NCBI GenBank assembly: GCA_002269645.1
Contig: NIVC01002719.1
Coordinates: 62,001-126,000 of the forward strand
From: Macrostomum lignano
Lineage: Eukaryota
Length of the DNA stretch: 64,000 nt
Direction: 5' to 3'
In this document: positions 37,690 to 48,347 of the stretch, piece after piece
How the letters are laid out: the number at the start of each line of letters is the position of its first letter
Numbering within the stretch: position 1 is the first letter of the stretch
Made by a program: the position numbers and the translations under genes
Notes under the pieces: generated by a model
Seen by the model: only the letters and a program-made list of their open reading frames with translations
Database searches by the model: none
What the model was told of the DNA's origin: nothing

Positions 37690-38224
37690 AGTAGTAGTAT
37701 GATATAAGGGGCTGCGCCACACTTATTGCTCGGGCGCGTTGCGCGCCAGCTTGCTGGTGACTCAGCCCCTTATATCATACAACGTTTACCAGGAGGTCAT
37801 AGTTGCAAATAGGTTGTGATAATTATATAATTATATAATTATATATATAGTGTGATATAATTATAGTGTGAGGGTGTTGAGGGTGAGGGCATGTGGCGGG
37901 CATTGGCATGTGGAATATTTTGCAGAGCATAGACTTTTTAGAATTTTTATACTTTTTAAAAAGGAGGGTGCCCTCGCCCTCATGCCCTCACTCATTTTGA
38001 AAATCACTAAAAACAGGTGAAAAACGACTAAAACAGATAAAAATGGTCTGAAAACAGCGATTTTTTGTGATTTTCAAAAATTTTGAAAAAGTGCAATTTT
38101 CACGATTCCAGCTCTAAAACCATGAGAAAAGTTGGATTCACGGGTCAATTCAATGCAATTTCAGGTAAATACAATTTGAAAGTGTCATCCAATTTAACGA
38201 TAGTAAATTTTATGTATATATAAA

Positions 38225-38356
38225 ATGGCCTTCAGTAAACCATTATTTCTAGGAAATGCTTTAGATATTCAGTCAGATATAACAAAACTACCACCCATCT
38301 TCGCCACTGGAAAATACCCAGGAGAACTTCATATTCCAGGGTATTCTTTCGCAGGT
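38225..38356 (+). pseudogene. N-terminal stub of a parvovirus-type phospholipase A2 (Polinton PLA2X-like)
   Basis: MAFSKPLFLG...GKYPGELHIPGYSFAG ends exactly within the H.PGY.Y.GPG calcium-loop motif. Confidence 0.6.
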
Positions 38357-38547
38357 TACGTTGTGGCCTGAGTGAAAAAGTCAATGTCCTTGCTAGTCAT
38401 AGAAAAAGCACTTGTTAAATTTTCTAAAGTAAAAATTGAGCAAACAATTCGAAAAATTCTACTGAAACCAATTGATGATAAGGTTGGGCATGATCAAATT
38501 CTTCATGATCTTTTTCAAAAAGAGTTAATAATTTCAAACAAGAGTCT

Positions 38548-38960
38548 AAGAATGCAATGATTGAGAGGTTCAATCGTACACTCACAAATAAACTCTGGTT
38601 TGAATTCGATCTACAAGGAAACCAGAAGTGGCTCCACATATTGCCAGCTATTGTTGAAAAATACAACAACACAATCCATTCAGAGAGTCTTATAACTTCT
38701 TCAGAAGCATCTAAACATCCTGAGCGAGTGCCAAAACCATCCTTCCAGTTTTCAAATGAGAAACCAAACTTCCAAGTAGGTGACAAAGTTCATATCTATA
38801 GATATAAGGAACACTTTGAAAAGGGTCGAAAGGGTTATTGGAAAATTGTTTAGGATAAAAAAATAGTTACTCCAATCCCATAACCTATATTATTGAAGAT
38901 GAGAATGGAGAAGAAATTATTGGATCATTTTACAAATCCCAGCTTCTACCAGCAAATTTT
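38548..38960 (+). pseudogene. Polinton retroviral-like integrase, C-terminal half
   Basis: NAMIERFNRTL, W..ILP.IVEKYNNTIHS, FQVGDKV.I, FEKG....W, TY.IEDENGEEIIGSFY. Confidence 0.85.
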
Positions 38961-38971
38961 TCACCTAAAAA

Positions 38972-39323
38972 TGAGCGCCTATCGAACAAACTGCAAACGA
39001 GCAAAGGGTCAGATTGAAATGTCTGATTCACAGCTACTAGTTGATAAAGAGGGTGAAGGAATTGGTGATATTATCAGTGGTGTCACAAACTTTTTATCAA
39101 ATCAAGGAGTAAAACGGTGAGTGGAGCTGATGCAATAGGTAAAACAGCTACCACAGCGAAGAACATATTTGATGCGAATAAATCATACAGTGACATGTCT
39201 AAAGCACGTGAGGAACTGGAATATATTAAAAAGAAGCGTAGAGAAAAGGAAGCAAAGAAAAGAATAGAAGAAGAGCAACATATAGCTTCGCAATCAAACA
39301 CGGCCATTCGAGATATTGTTTAA
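38972..39323 (+). pseudogene. Putative Polinton core/virion protein (frameshifted near 39118)
   Basis: EGEGIGDIISGVTNFLS amphipathic segment after GxG, with a Lys/Glu-rich tail. Confidence 0.45.
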
Positions 39324-39400
39324 AAGGCTCTAGGAACAACAGAACAGTCTAAAGTGTCTTTGTGACAAGGCAATAGTTTGAAGAAATTCTGACCTTAAAA

Positions 39401-39746
39401 ATGAGCGAGAAAAACACTGAAGCCAGACTCAATCGATATGTTCGAGAGGGAAAAGGATTTTTTACCAGCAATTTTGGGTGGTATCGGAGCAGCCTCTGGA
39501 GTTAGTACAATGATTGCAAAAAGTGTTAATACAGCAAACAATTCTAAGCATAATAAGACAATAGAAAGCATTGAACGACAAAAACTAGAAGAGTTGAAAA
39601 AGGCTCAAGGGAGTGGAGTATCAGTTGATGCGGCTAAAAGAGTCGAACAAGTACCCAGCGAAGCAGTCAAGTGGATGCTAAAGACGTTTAAAGTTAAAAA
39701 GGAGAAACAGGGTAATGAGATAATTCTTAGACTTCATGAAGCTTAG
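39401..39746 (+). pseudogene. Putative Polinton core/membrane-lytic protein
   Basis: EGKG-FLPAILGGIGAASG and QGSGV contain adenain-like (I/L)xGG and GxG sites. Confidence 0.45.
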
Positions 39747-39789
39747 TTTAAATTTATCGCATAAAAATGGAGAACAAAAAGCACAAAAA

Positions 39790-40454
39790 ATACTGAACGT
39801 ATATGAGGACAAAACTTTTTGTTTTTTTTCAAAAAGAAAGAAGATATTGATAATCCTCCTCTTCTCTGCATCTTCAATATTTTGTCTGAAGTCAGGCTTG
39901 TTGTTGCATTCGACTATTAGGGTTGCGTGTAAAACAACATTACACTGGCTTGAATATAAATTTCTAGCTTGGATAACCCCACTACCAGTTAGTAATTTTA
40001 TTGATGCATTGTTCAAGACACCACTTACTTCTTGACTGATAACCAACCTCTTTTTATTAATTTGTGCTAGGGCTGGTTGGTGCTTGTCTATTCTTATTGG
40101 TAAATTCAAAACATCAGGATTCACATAATCAGATTCTAGAGTTCTAAGAAGTAGGTTGTCCTCAACCCCCTTGCCATTTCTGCCAGCGCCATCAAACATT
40201 ATAAAGTTTTCAACATTCTTACCTATTAGAGCTGCGGCTATTACGGATTCCTAACTCTTTCTGTTTTCTGGATCTGGATGAATTTGGTTATGCAGATTAA
40301 CAATGAACCCATAGTAGTCATCACTCACTCTAAATACACCCGAGTAATTATATCCCACCGATTTAGTAACGTAATCGTCATATCTATGCTTGCGAAACGC
40401 ACTTGTGATGAGGTCGTATACTCCATCGTTAAACCCCAGCAAATTCCAATTCAA
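39790..40454 (-). pseudogene. D5-like primase-helicase fragment (D5_N plus SF3 helicase)
   Basis: LLGFNDGVYDL...YVTKSVGYNY (D5_N); FDGAGRNGKG (Walker A); KRLVISQE (Walker B); IKLLTG...IQARNLY; CNNKP; RRI..I.F. Confidence 0.85.
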
Positions 40455-40457
40455 GCA

Positions 40458-40776
40458 GGGTAGACTTATCTACTATTTAAGCGCCAAGTATCAAATGCTA
40501 GAGCGAGAGGTGGCCGACGCATTCAACATCACCATCCGGAAGGTTGAGGACTACAACAAATACTATCAACTCTGCCTTGAATACCCAGGTTTAATTTTTT
40601 CTACCTATTCAATGGGCATAGTCATGAATTATAGTGCTGCGATTTGCAAGAAGGCAAACATTGATGCTAGGTTTAAGGAACTTCTCAAGATGCAACATGA
40701 GACAGTAGCGTTTGTTTGGAAAGAAGGCTATCTTGAAGAAAAGCAAATTCACCAGTGGTATGCAGACAGTAAGTGA
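40458..40776 (+). CDS. Hypothetical protein fragment, possibly homologous to 47081-47704
   Basis: QGRLIYY...YQLCLEYPGLIFSTYS resembles GRIFL...AEKYPVLQRSAMS. Confidence 0.35.
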
Positions 40777-41571
40777 TTGCTTCACTATAGTGGTAATGTA
40801 AGTTTATATTTCTTAAAGCTTGCTTTTATATTGTAGCTTTCAACGAAGATCCTGACGTGGAAGACAAAGCTGAGAGCGCCGCCGAAGTCCGAGAGATGTC
40901 CGAGGGTAGAAAATGGGTTAAGAATTAAATAATTTTCGTGCTATTTCCATAACTATTAAACTCACTATCTTTTTAGTGTATACATGATTTTTTCTCATAG
41001 CTTAGAAAATTTCATGTGTGTGTGCTCTAAACTCTTTTAGTGTATACATGATTTTTTCTAAGCTATGAGAAAAATTAATGTGCTGTTTTAGACACAACAC
41101 ATTGCATTGAATTGACCCGTGAATCCAACTGTTCTCATGGTTTTAGAGCTGGAATCGTGAAAATTGCACTTTTTCAAATTTTTTGAAAATCACAAAAAAT
41201 CGCTGTTTTCAGACCATTTTTATCTGTTTTAGTCGTTTTTCACCTGTTTTTAGTGATTTTCAAAATGAGTGAGGGCATGAGGGCGAGGGCACCCTCCTTT
41301 TTAAAAAGTATAAAAATTCTCTATACTCCTATGCTCTGCATAATATTCCACATGCCAATGCCCGCCACATGCCCTCACCCTCAACACCCTCACACTATAA
41401 TTATATCACACTATATATATAATTATATAATTATATAATTATCACAACCTATTTGCAACTATGACCTCCTGGTAAACGTTGTATGATATAAGGGGCTGAG
41501 TCACCAGCAAGCTGGCGCGCAACGCGCCCGAGCAATAAGTGTGGCGCAGCCCCTTATATCATACTACTACT

Positions 41572-42072
41572 GCCATTTGTAGATAGTAAAAAAATTGATA
41601 ACATAATCACTACAATGGTAAATATCGCGGCCCAGCATGTCAATCATGTAATACCAAGGAGGGTAAGGCGATACAAACAGTACCATTGTTTCTCCTAAAT
41701 GAATCTGGAAAAGATTCAAACTATTTGATAGTCCCATTAACAAGAATAAAGAATGCAGCATATAAATTGGATTTCATTTCTGAAACATCGGAAGACCATG
41801 TTGCAATTAAGTTGGGGAATTATACAAGTGGCGTTGTGTTTTTAGATAGATCTAGGTTTTTGGAACCACCATTTATACTCTCTGAAGAAGAAATAAAATA
41901 TTTGCCACCCAGTGATACAACAGCAGTTATTAGAAAGATTTACTCATTTGTCAATGCTTTTGAGAAGTTTCGATCAACATTTTTGAAATATTTCAAGATA
42001 GATCCTGCGTATAGCTTTTCCTTTTCTGGATTATTGTATACATGTGGGTTGAAATATACCAATGTTGAGCTT
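41572..42072 (+). pseudogene. Polinton pPolB, 3' continuation (internally deleted)
   Basis: HNHYNGKYRGPACQSCN completes the Zn finger; FLLNESGKDS, FLDRSRFL and FEKFRSTFLKYFKIDPAY.FSFSGL...GLKYTNVEL are pPolB exonuclease-region motifs. Confidence 0.8.
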
Positions 42073-42149
42073 GCGTCGGCTGTTCAGGGATTAGTGGAAT
42101 GGGCGCCCGCGCCTTATCGCTATGTACCCTCTGGGACAGCCCTGCAGCT

Positions 42150-42730
42150 GTCAAGTAATCAAGGGGCTAATCCACATTGATCGTTTAGGCGCAGTTTGCG
42201 CCACTCACTAAATGACTCATCCCTTTATATCATACTACTACTACCAGGAGGTCAGAGTTGCAAGAGGGGTGTAGACGTGGCGTGGGGGCACTGAGGGTAA
42301 GGGTATGTACGGGCATTGGAATTTGAGATTTTGAGAATTTGAAATTTGAGATTGGTATTTCATAAAGCTTCTGATTTTCAGAATTTTTTACACTAAAAAT
42401 TGGGTGCCCTCGCTCTCATGCCCTCACTCATTTTAAAAATTACTAGGTGAAAAATGACTAAAAACAGGTGAAAATGGTCTGAAAACCGCGATTTTTTGTC
42501 ATTTTCAAATATTGTTTAAAAAGTGCAATTTTAGAGATTTCTTGAGTTAAACCATGAGAAATGTGTGGTTTGGAGGTTAAAATAATCTATTTTCAAGAAT
42601 AAACAATATGGAAGTGTCATGTAATTTAATGACAGTAAATTTTATATATGTAAAATCAATAAACTATTATTTCTAGGTTCTTCTTTAGTTATTTAGTCAG
42701 CTATAACAAAACCACCACCCATCTTCTGCG
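42150..42730 (+). mobile_element. Diverged left end (TIR plus PLA2 start) of a related Polinton
   Basis: Collinear with 37700-38300: AAGGGGCT..hairpin..TGACTCA..TTATATCATAC..ACCAGGAGGTCA, CATGCCCTCACTCATTTT, CCATGAGAAA and ATAACAAAAC.ACCACCCATCTTC. Confidence 0.8.
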
Positions 42731-42958
42731 CAATGCTCTACTGGGTCTCATATTTGCAATTCATTCTGATTTTATCCATGTGTAATGTGCGTCATTTTTG
42801 TCTATCTTTAGTAACAGAAAATAAATGAAGGACACTTACTTCGCCTCTCGACTTTTGGACAAACATGTACTTTAAATATTAAATATTAAATGAATTTATA
42901 ACCCCAAAATTTTGTATTTATTGCCGTTCTCACTCGTTTTTTTCGCTCAAAATATACC

Positions 42959-42998
42959 TAGCCTGAAGATGCACAGTTTCATGCGAAACGCGTCGCTA
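42959..42998 (+). ncRNA. Minimal type I hammerhead ribozyme (Penelope-like element type)
   Basis: TAGC-CTGAAGA-T-GCA(cagtttca)TGC-GAAAC-GC-GTC-GCTA: stem I TAGC/GCTA, conserved core, stem II GCA/TGC, palindromic ACGCGT stem III, GUC cleavage after 42994. Confidence 0.75.
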
Positions 42999-44026
42999 AA
43001 AATGTTTATTTTCGCCTTCCTATTTATCGTACTTGCCAAGCGAGCAACTTTACCTGAATTATTGCCTAAGTACTCCTAAAATAAATATTTTACAGGAAAA
43101 AATTACACAGCTACAGCACGTGCAGGCAATGGTGATATACATGTACGTTCCCCTACCACGGTCAAGGGCAGTTAACCAACTTGAATCGCAAATGTATTTA
43201 GATAGAAGATGGAGAAGAGGAGGATATAGAAGAGGAGTGCATGCTTTATTAGCAGCTCTAACAAACACTCAGAAACTGAACTTTTAACTGACAATAAATT
43301 GATTGCGGTTTTTGACGAATCAATGCTCTTCCTTTATTGCTCACTTGATAACTTATTCACAATATTTATGCATAAAATTCGGCTTATAAATTCTAGGGTA
43401 AGCAATGTAAAAATTTTTAGGGAACAAAATAAATTATATTCAAAAGCAAAAGCTATGAGAAATGAATATATGAAAAAGTACAAATAGCCCCTAAAAATAA
43501 CATAGGCAACAGATAACTGTGTGCTTCTTATTACTAAAATATTGCATGGTTTATAAAAACCGGTTGGAGCTACAAATATTTTAGAAGCTATAAAGCTACC
43601 ACGCTAGTTTTTAAGTCATAAAGTCATTAAGTTGTATAAGTCATTATTAAACATTTATACAAATTTCATTAGTGTAATAACTTTCTGCTATTATTTTTCT
43701 TTAAAACATTGTTCGACGTTGGGGTGACCCTACAATTGGGGCGCCTCGCTAATGTCAAGCGGTCACCAGGCAAACGTCGGTCGACGATTTGGCAAACTAG
43801 GATTTTCCACGGACAGGCACATTGTGCCATTAAAAATTAGCCAAAATATTTGATGCCTAGGGTTAGGGTCAGTGTTAGGGCCTTGCTCAATAAATAGGAC
43901 AGAGGGAAACTTTAGGAGCCTGAAAGTAAATAGGCATTCTTTTCCCACAAAATCCAGGTAGCAGGGAATGACATGATCATTTTCCTTTGAGGGCAAATGG
44001 CAATTTATCATTCACTTTACCTGTCT

Positions 44027-44184
44027 TCTTATATTCTATATGGTCTGTAGACGGTGGGCCTAGCCATCTTATATTCTATATGGTCTGTAGACGGTGGGCC
44101 TAGCCATCTTATATTCTATATGGTCTGTAGACGGTGGGCCTAGCCATCTTATATTCTATATGGTCTGTAGACGGTGGGCCTAGC
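44027..44184. repeat. 40-bp minisatellite x4
   Basis: tcttatattctatatggtctgtagacggtgggcctagcca is repeated head-to-tail with no spacers. Confidence 0.95.
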
Positions 44185-45332
44185 TAGGGAAAGGGAATAC
44201 TCTACATATGAAAATGACCATTCCCAATTCAAGCCTCTCTGAGTGGCATGAAAAAAAGCTCCATTAATTTTTGTTTGGGGGGGGGGGTTACAAACACTGT
44301 CCACTTTGTCCTAAATCATTTAATTTGAAGGCGCACGTGATTTCAATGTCACAGATTCAGCTACGCTCTTGCTATTATCTAGTTACGTGTATTTTGTTCT
44401 TTATTCTCACATGCCGCGTCACGCCATCTTTCTACCCCCCAAGCCGCCACCCCCTCCGTGGTCGATAATGTACATCGCGAGTCAGCATGCCCATGTACTC
44501 TCAGACCCCATTCCGCCACGCCCCCTTTATTAAGCTCAATATATACGATAACTGGGGCAATTTTGTACTGTGGCACGCTTATTGATAAACTGCTTGCAAC
44601 GTCCTTCTTTTCTATCGGAGTTGATTTGTCTCGCTAACATTATTGGTAGCAGAGCGTGGTTTCTATGATGTCAGACCACGAGTCCGATCAGCAGCAGACC
44701 GGCTGCTCCAACGAAGATGGAAAAGAAGGACGTTTGATTTGAAGCTTTTCTTAGTCTCATCTGTTATTACAATTAGTGCTTGCTTACATAAAATTTTCCT
44801 TTAATTCACTAGTTCATTAACCAAATACATGCGCAAGAGCCTAGTAGATTTGCAGGCCCTAGTAGAATGCATGAGGGGGCTTCTGGGACAAAATTTTTCA
44901 CGTCCTCCATAATCCCATTAAATCCATCCATATTATCCCCGACAGAATCAGAAAAAAGGGGGTCGCACTTGCTCCAAAAACTTTGAACGTAATCCCATTA
45001 AATCAATCCATATTATCCCTGACAGAATCAGAAAAAAAGGGGGGTCGCACTCGCTCACAAAACGTCCTCCATAATCCCATTAAATCCATCCATATTATCC
45101 CTGACAGAATCAGAGCATAACAGGTGTCCTACTGTTATGCTCTGAGGGTTTATGCTCTGAGCATAACAGCTCCAAATCCACCCATAGCATCTTCGAAACA
45201 ATCAGAAAAAAATCTGCATTCTTCTCCCCACATTCAATTCGCAACGCGAAGCGTTGAAACCAGATCCCTAAAACTTGAAATCCCCTAACCCAGGGTCCTT
45301 ACCCTTTGAAAAAAATTAAATTATCTCTAAAA

Positions 45333-45572
45333 ATGTTTCCAGTTCTCTCTCCAGGTTCTTATTACAAAGCGCACGAGCCTAATTACAAGAGTAAGTATCG
45401 ATGCAAACTTGAATGCAGCGAATACATGAGAAAATATTGGCCTGGCGTTGATATCAATGTCCCTAATATCAATCTAGCTCTCCAACGAGACTGGTTTCTT
45501 AAGTATGGAGTAACCTACGTAAAAGATTACGACAGCTATTATAACTTTGCAGAAATCATTAGGCAATTGTAG
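45333..45572 (+). CDS. 79-aa Tyr-rich hypothetical protein, copy 2
   Basis: 76/79 aa identical to 9350-9589. Confidence 0.6.
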   Translation: MFPVLSPGSYYKAHEPNYKSKYRCKLECSEYMRKYWPGVDINVPNINLALQRDWFLKYGVTYVKDYDSYYNFAEIIRQL

Positions 45573-45878
45573 AATGTCGTTACAATACGCTTTAAGATTT
45601 TAAGACTGCATTAATAGATATTTTTACGCATGGTATTTTGCTGTGTGGCGGGTGGGTGATAGCGGAATGGGTATGGCAGCTGTTTCTTGTCATAGCGCGA
45701 GCGGCGTGTGCAGCATAGAGAAAAAAGCTTTTGCCCAGCTCAAGCCTTAACTAGCTCAGAAGATCCCTTGCCTAGCTTCAGAAACGCCCATTTAGTTCCT
45801 TGTTTAAACCCCCAGCCTTCTCAACCCCCAGCTCTTTCAGCAGTCTTCCTAGATCTTTACTTGGCGCATGCAGTCCGT

Positions 45879-46809
45879 TGTAGAGAACAGTAAATTATAT
45901 TAAAACGCACTACTTAAAGTAATATTCTAACTAAATCAATTTAAACTCGCAATCTATTTTTAGAATGAGTCATGATGAGTCATATCTATTTTTAGAAAGT
46001 CTATTTTTAGAATGAGTCACATGCAAACAGAAGTGACTCAGAGCCCTACGTAGGACCGACGTTTATTTGATCAAAAAACCGGTTCTCGTGAGTTTTATTT
46101 GCTTAATTCCATATATGGTAATGCTCAAACATGCATGACCGCTTAATCAAACATTTTTGACCTAAGTAAATACCCAATCCCAAACCGGTTTTTCTCCAAA
46201 ATTTTGCTATAAATATAAGTGAAAATTCGAGTCAAAAATTCAGACTCGGAGCGGTCTCTAAGAAGACACTGAAGAAATAAGAAGACCAATCTCTGAGGGA
46301 CCATACCTGTCCAATTGGTAAGCGTTTACCCGATTTAGTTAATTGTTAATAGCGCTAATAAAGTGATTAATTGAGTTTACGAGAGCCACTTATTGTCGAC
46401 ACATTTGAGAAAGGCCTCCTTGTTTCCTAGGATACATTCCTAGAGGATTTATTGAATTGAATTGAGTTATCCGTTACGTTTCGGACGTAACGAAGAAGAC
46501 GCCCTTCAGGAGGACCTATCACAGAAAATTAGAGAATTTAATTGTTCATTAGGGCGCACGTTCTACTGTTAATTCCGAGCTCGAGGACTGTCAAGAAATT
46601 CCGATTCGCTCTCGTTTTTGGTCGACCCACAGATAAAAGTCAAGGACTCCCGGAGGTACTGAGTCACCTAAGCCAAACCAAGTAGCCTACAAGCCACTAA
46701 AGGATCCGCTGCCGTAAGTTATTTGAACTGGTAAATACCTAGGCACTTGTTCCCCAGTGTCTAGAAGTGGGAGTTTCTGAGTGACTGATCACCACTCTTA
46801 AACTCTTCA
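45879..46809. mobile_element. Solo LTR (931 bp)
   Basis: Absent from the paralogous copy at ~9905; TGTAGAG...CTCTTCA termini; TSD CCGT/CCCT. Confidence 0.8.
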
Positions 46810-47080
46810 CCCTTTTCCCAGGCAACCCCAATCAACCATTAATAGAAAATACTGGCTATAAGTAGAAAATCTGCGGGTTTCCCTTCTAGAATTCGAATTC
46901 TAGAAAATTCTAGAATAAAAAGAAAATCCATGGATTCGTGAGCCCACACCAATGGTATATAAACAGCCAATTCACAACGCCCCTCGCCTCACCCTGCCTG
47001 CTCCACCTCGCCCCGCCCCGCCTCGCCTTGCCGCGCCAGCAACTTTTTATTTTTGACTTGCTTAATCTCTGGATCTTGCC

Positions 47081-47704
47081 ATGGATGCTGAAATGCAAGC
47101 AGGCGAAAACGTTTACATCGAAAATCTGGAGAACTTCATCAAGGCGGTTTTTTCTAGTAAAGATCTTGACAATTGGAATGTTTGGGCCGATAAATATAAT
47201 GCAATTGCTCGGTCACCCATCATGAAGCCAACTATCAGTGGTCGGCAAGCGAAAACTGCCGACAAACAATCACAAATCAGCAAGGCTCTGGACGAGTTGC
47301 GCATGGCCTACAAGACCAACAGTGAGCCTGTTCCAGAGCATTCTCTAGAAGAATTTAAGCAGGGAACATTCACGATCGACGCAGTGCTTGAACAGATTGC
47401 CAACCTTAATAAACTAGTTGAACGGCCCGGTAAGCATGGCTTTGCAAACGGCCTACAGCTCGGCAGGATCTTTCTGTGAATGGAGCGGGTTCTCAGTAAG
47501 GAACAGTTCAACGAGCTGAAAAGACGTGCACCGTTCACCAGCCAGTGGACCAACTTTCTAATGAAATTGGCCGACCAAGCTGAAAAATATCCGGTGCTAC
47601 AAAGATCTGCAATGTCCCTGCACAAGCTGAAGTCGATGATGGCATACTTGCCAGAGGCCCTTGCGATGCTGCAACAGGAAGTGGACGAAGGCTTGTTGTT
47701 TTAA
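47081..47704 (+). pseudogene. ~207-aa hypothetical helical protein with one in-frame stop (47477-79)
   Basis: Two abutting same-frame ORFs, CCAAT plus GGTATATAA at 46949-62, and a good Kozak context GCCATGG. Confidence 0.55.
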
Positions 47705-47921
47705 CTTTTAAATTAGCTATCTATTGTTTATTTAGCAACTCATGAAGCTATAATAATAGCAAATTATCCTTGGATAGTTTTTTATTACTAATATTGACAC
47801 CAACCTCAAATTTTGAAACCACTGGTTTCATTTTCTGGGGTCAGAAAGAAACCAGGTCTTATATCAATTAATAGCAAAGTCCTTTTTTGTAAAATGTGAG
47901 TCGTCAGACCCAATAAAAAAA

Positions 47922-48243
47922 TCAAAGGGAATTCCGAAACGCGTGGTTGGGAAGGAAATAATTAAAGCTGAATACAGAGACGCCTTGAATTGAATTGAAT
48001 TGACGCCTGTAGTCGAAAAATTTACAGTTGCTGTCATAGCGCTTAATTTTCTTTGTGCTGTGGAAAATATTTTTTTTCAAGATCATCTCGCATTTTTTGA
48101 ATCTCCACCAGTCGAAATTGTTGAGAGTTACAAGTAATGACGGGGTAGAGTTTTTGTTGCTCATATTGGGTTGCAACAGGTGCTGTGGGAACTGTGGGTG
48201 TTGTGGGAGCATTCTGATCATAAAGAGAATTTTGAGCATCCAT
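47922..48243 (-). pseudogene. N-terminal fragment of the Polinton PW/'gasderminX'-like protein
   Basis: LYP....QQFRLVEIQKMRDDLEK..KKIKR matches the N-terminal pattern of this family as recalled. Confidence 0.5.
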
Positions 48244-48347
48244 TTTTAGGGAAATTTTTTTTAAATCGACAACTAGTTGGTGGTGCTAGATTTGTTTTAC
48301 GGTTGATTGCTTCGTCTGCACTGACGGCAACGGGTCACTAAATCTGC

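Larger units (their letters stand above)
37690..41571. mobile_element. Non-autonomous mini-Maverick/Polinton, 3882 bp
   Basis: AGTAGTAGTATG...CATACTACTACT termini; ~470-bp near-identical TIRs (37690-38159, 41101-41571); perfect 6-bp TSD GCCATT (37684-89, 41572-77). Confidence 0.95.

Noticed and set aside
43855-43885. TTAGGG-like motifs as telomeric repeats
   Set aside because: Only two or three imperfect units. More likely subterminal motifs of a DNA transposon.
44027-44184. 40-bp repeats as a CRISPR array
   Set aside because: Units are head-to-tail with no unique spacers, there are no cas genes, and the context is eukaryotic.
46468-46515. Possible minus-strand hammerhead (CTGAAGG...GAAACGTA) in the solo LTR
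   Set aside because: A9 is missing and stem I does not pair. A local CGTTACGT/ACGTAACG hairpin explains the pattern.
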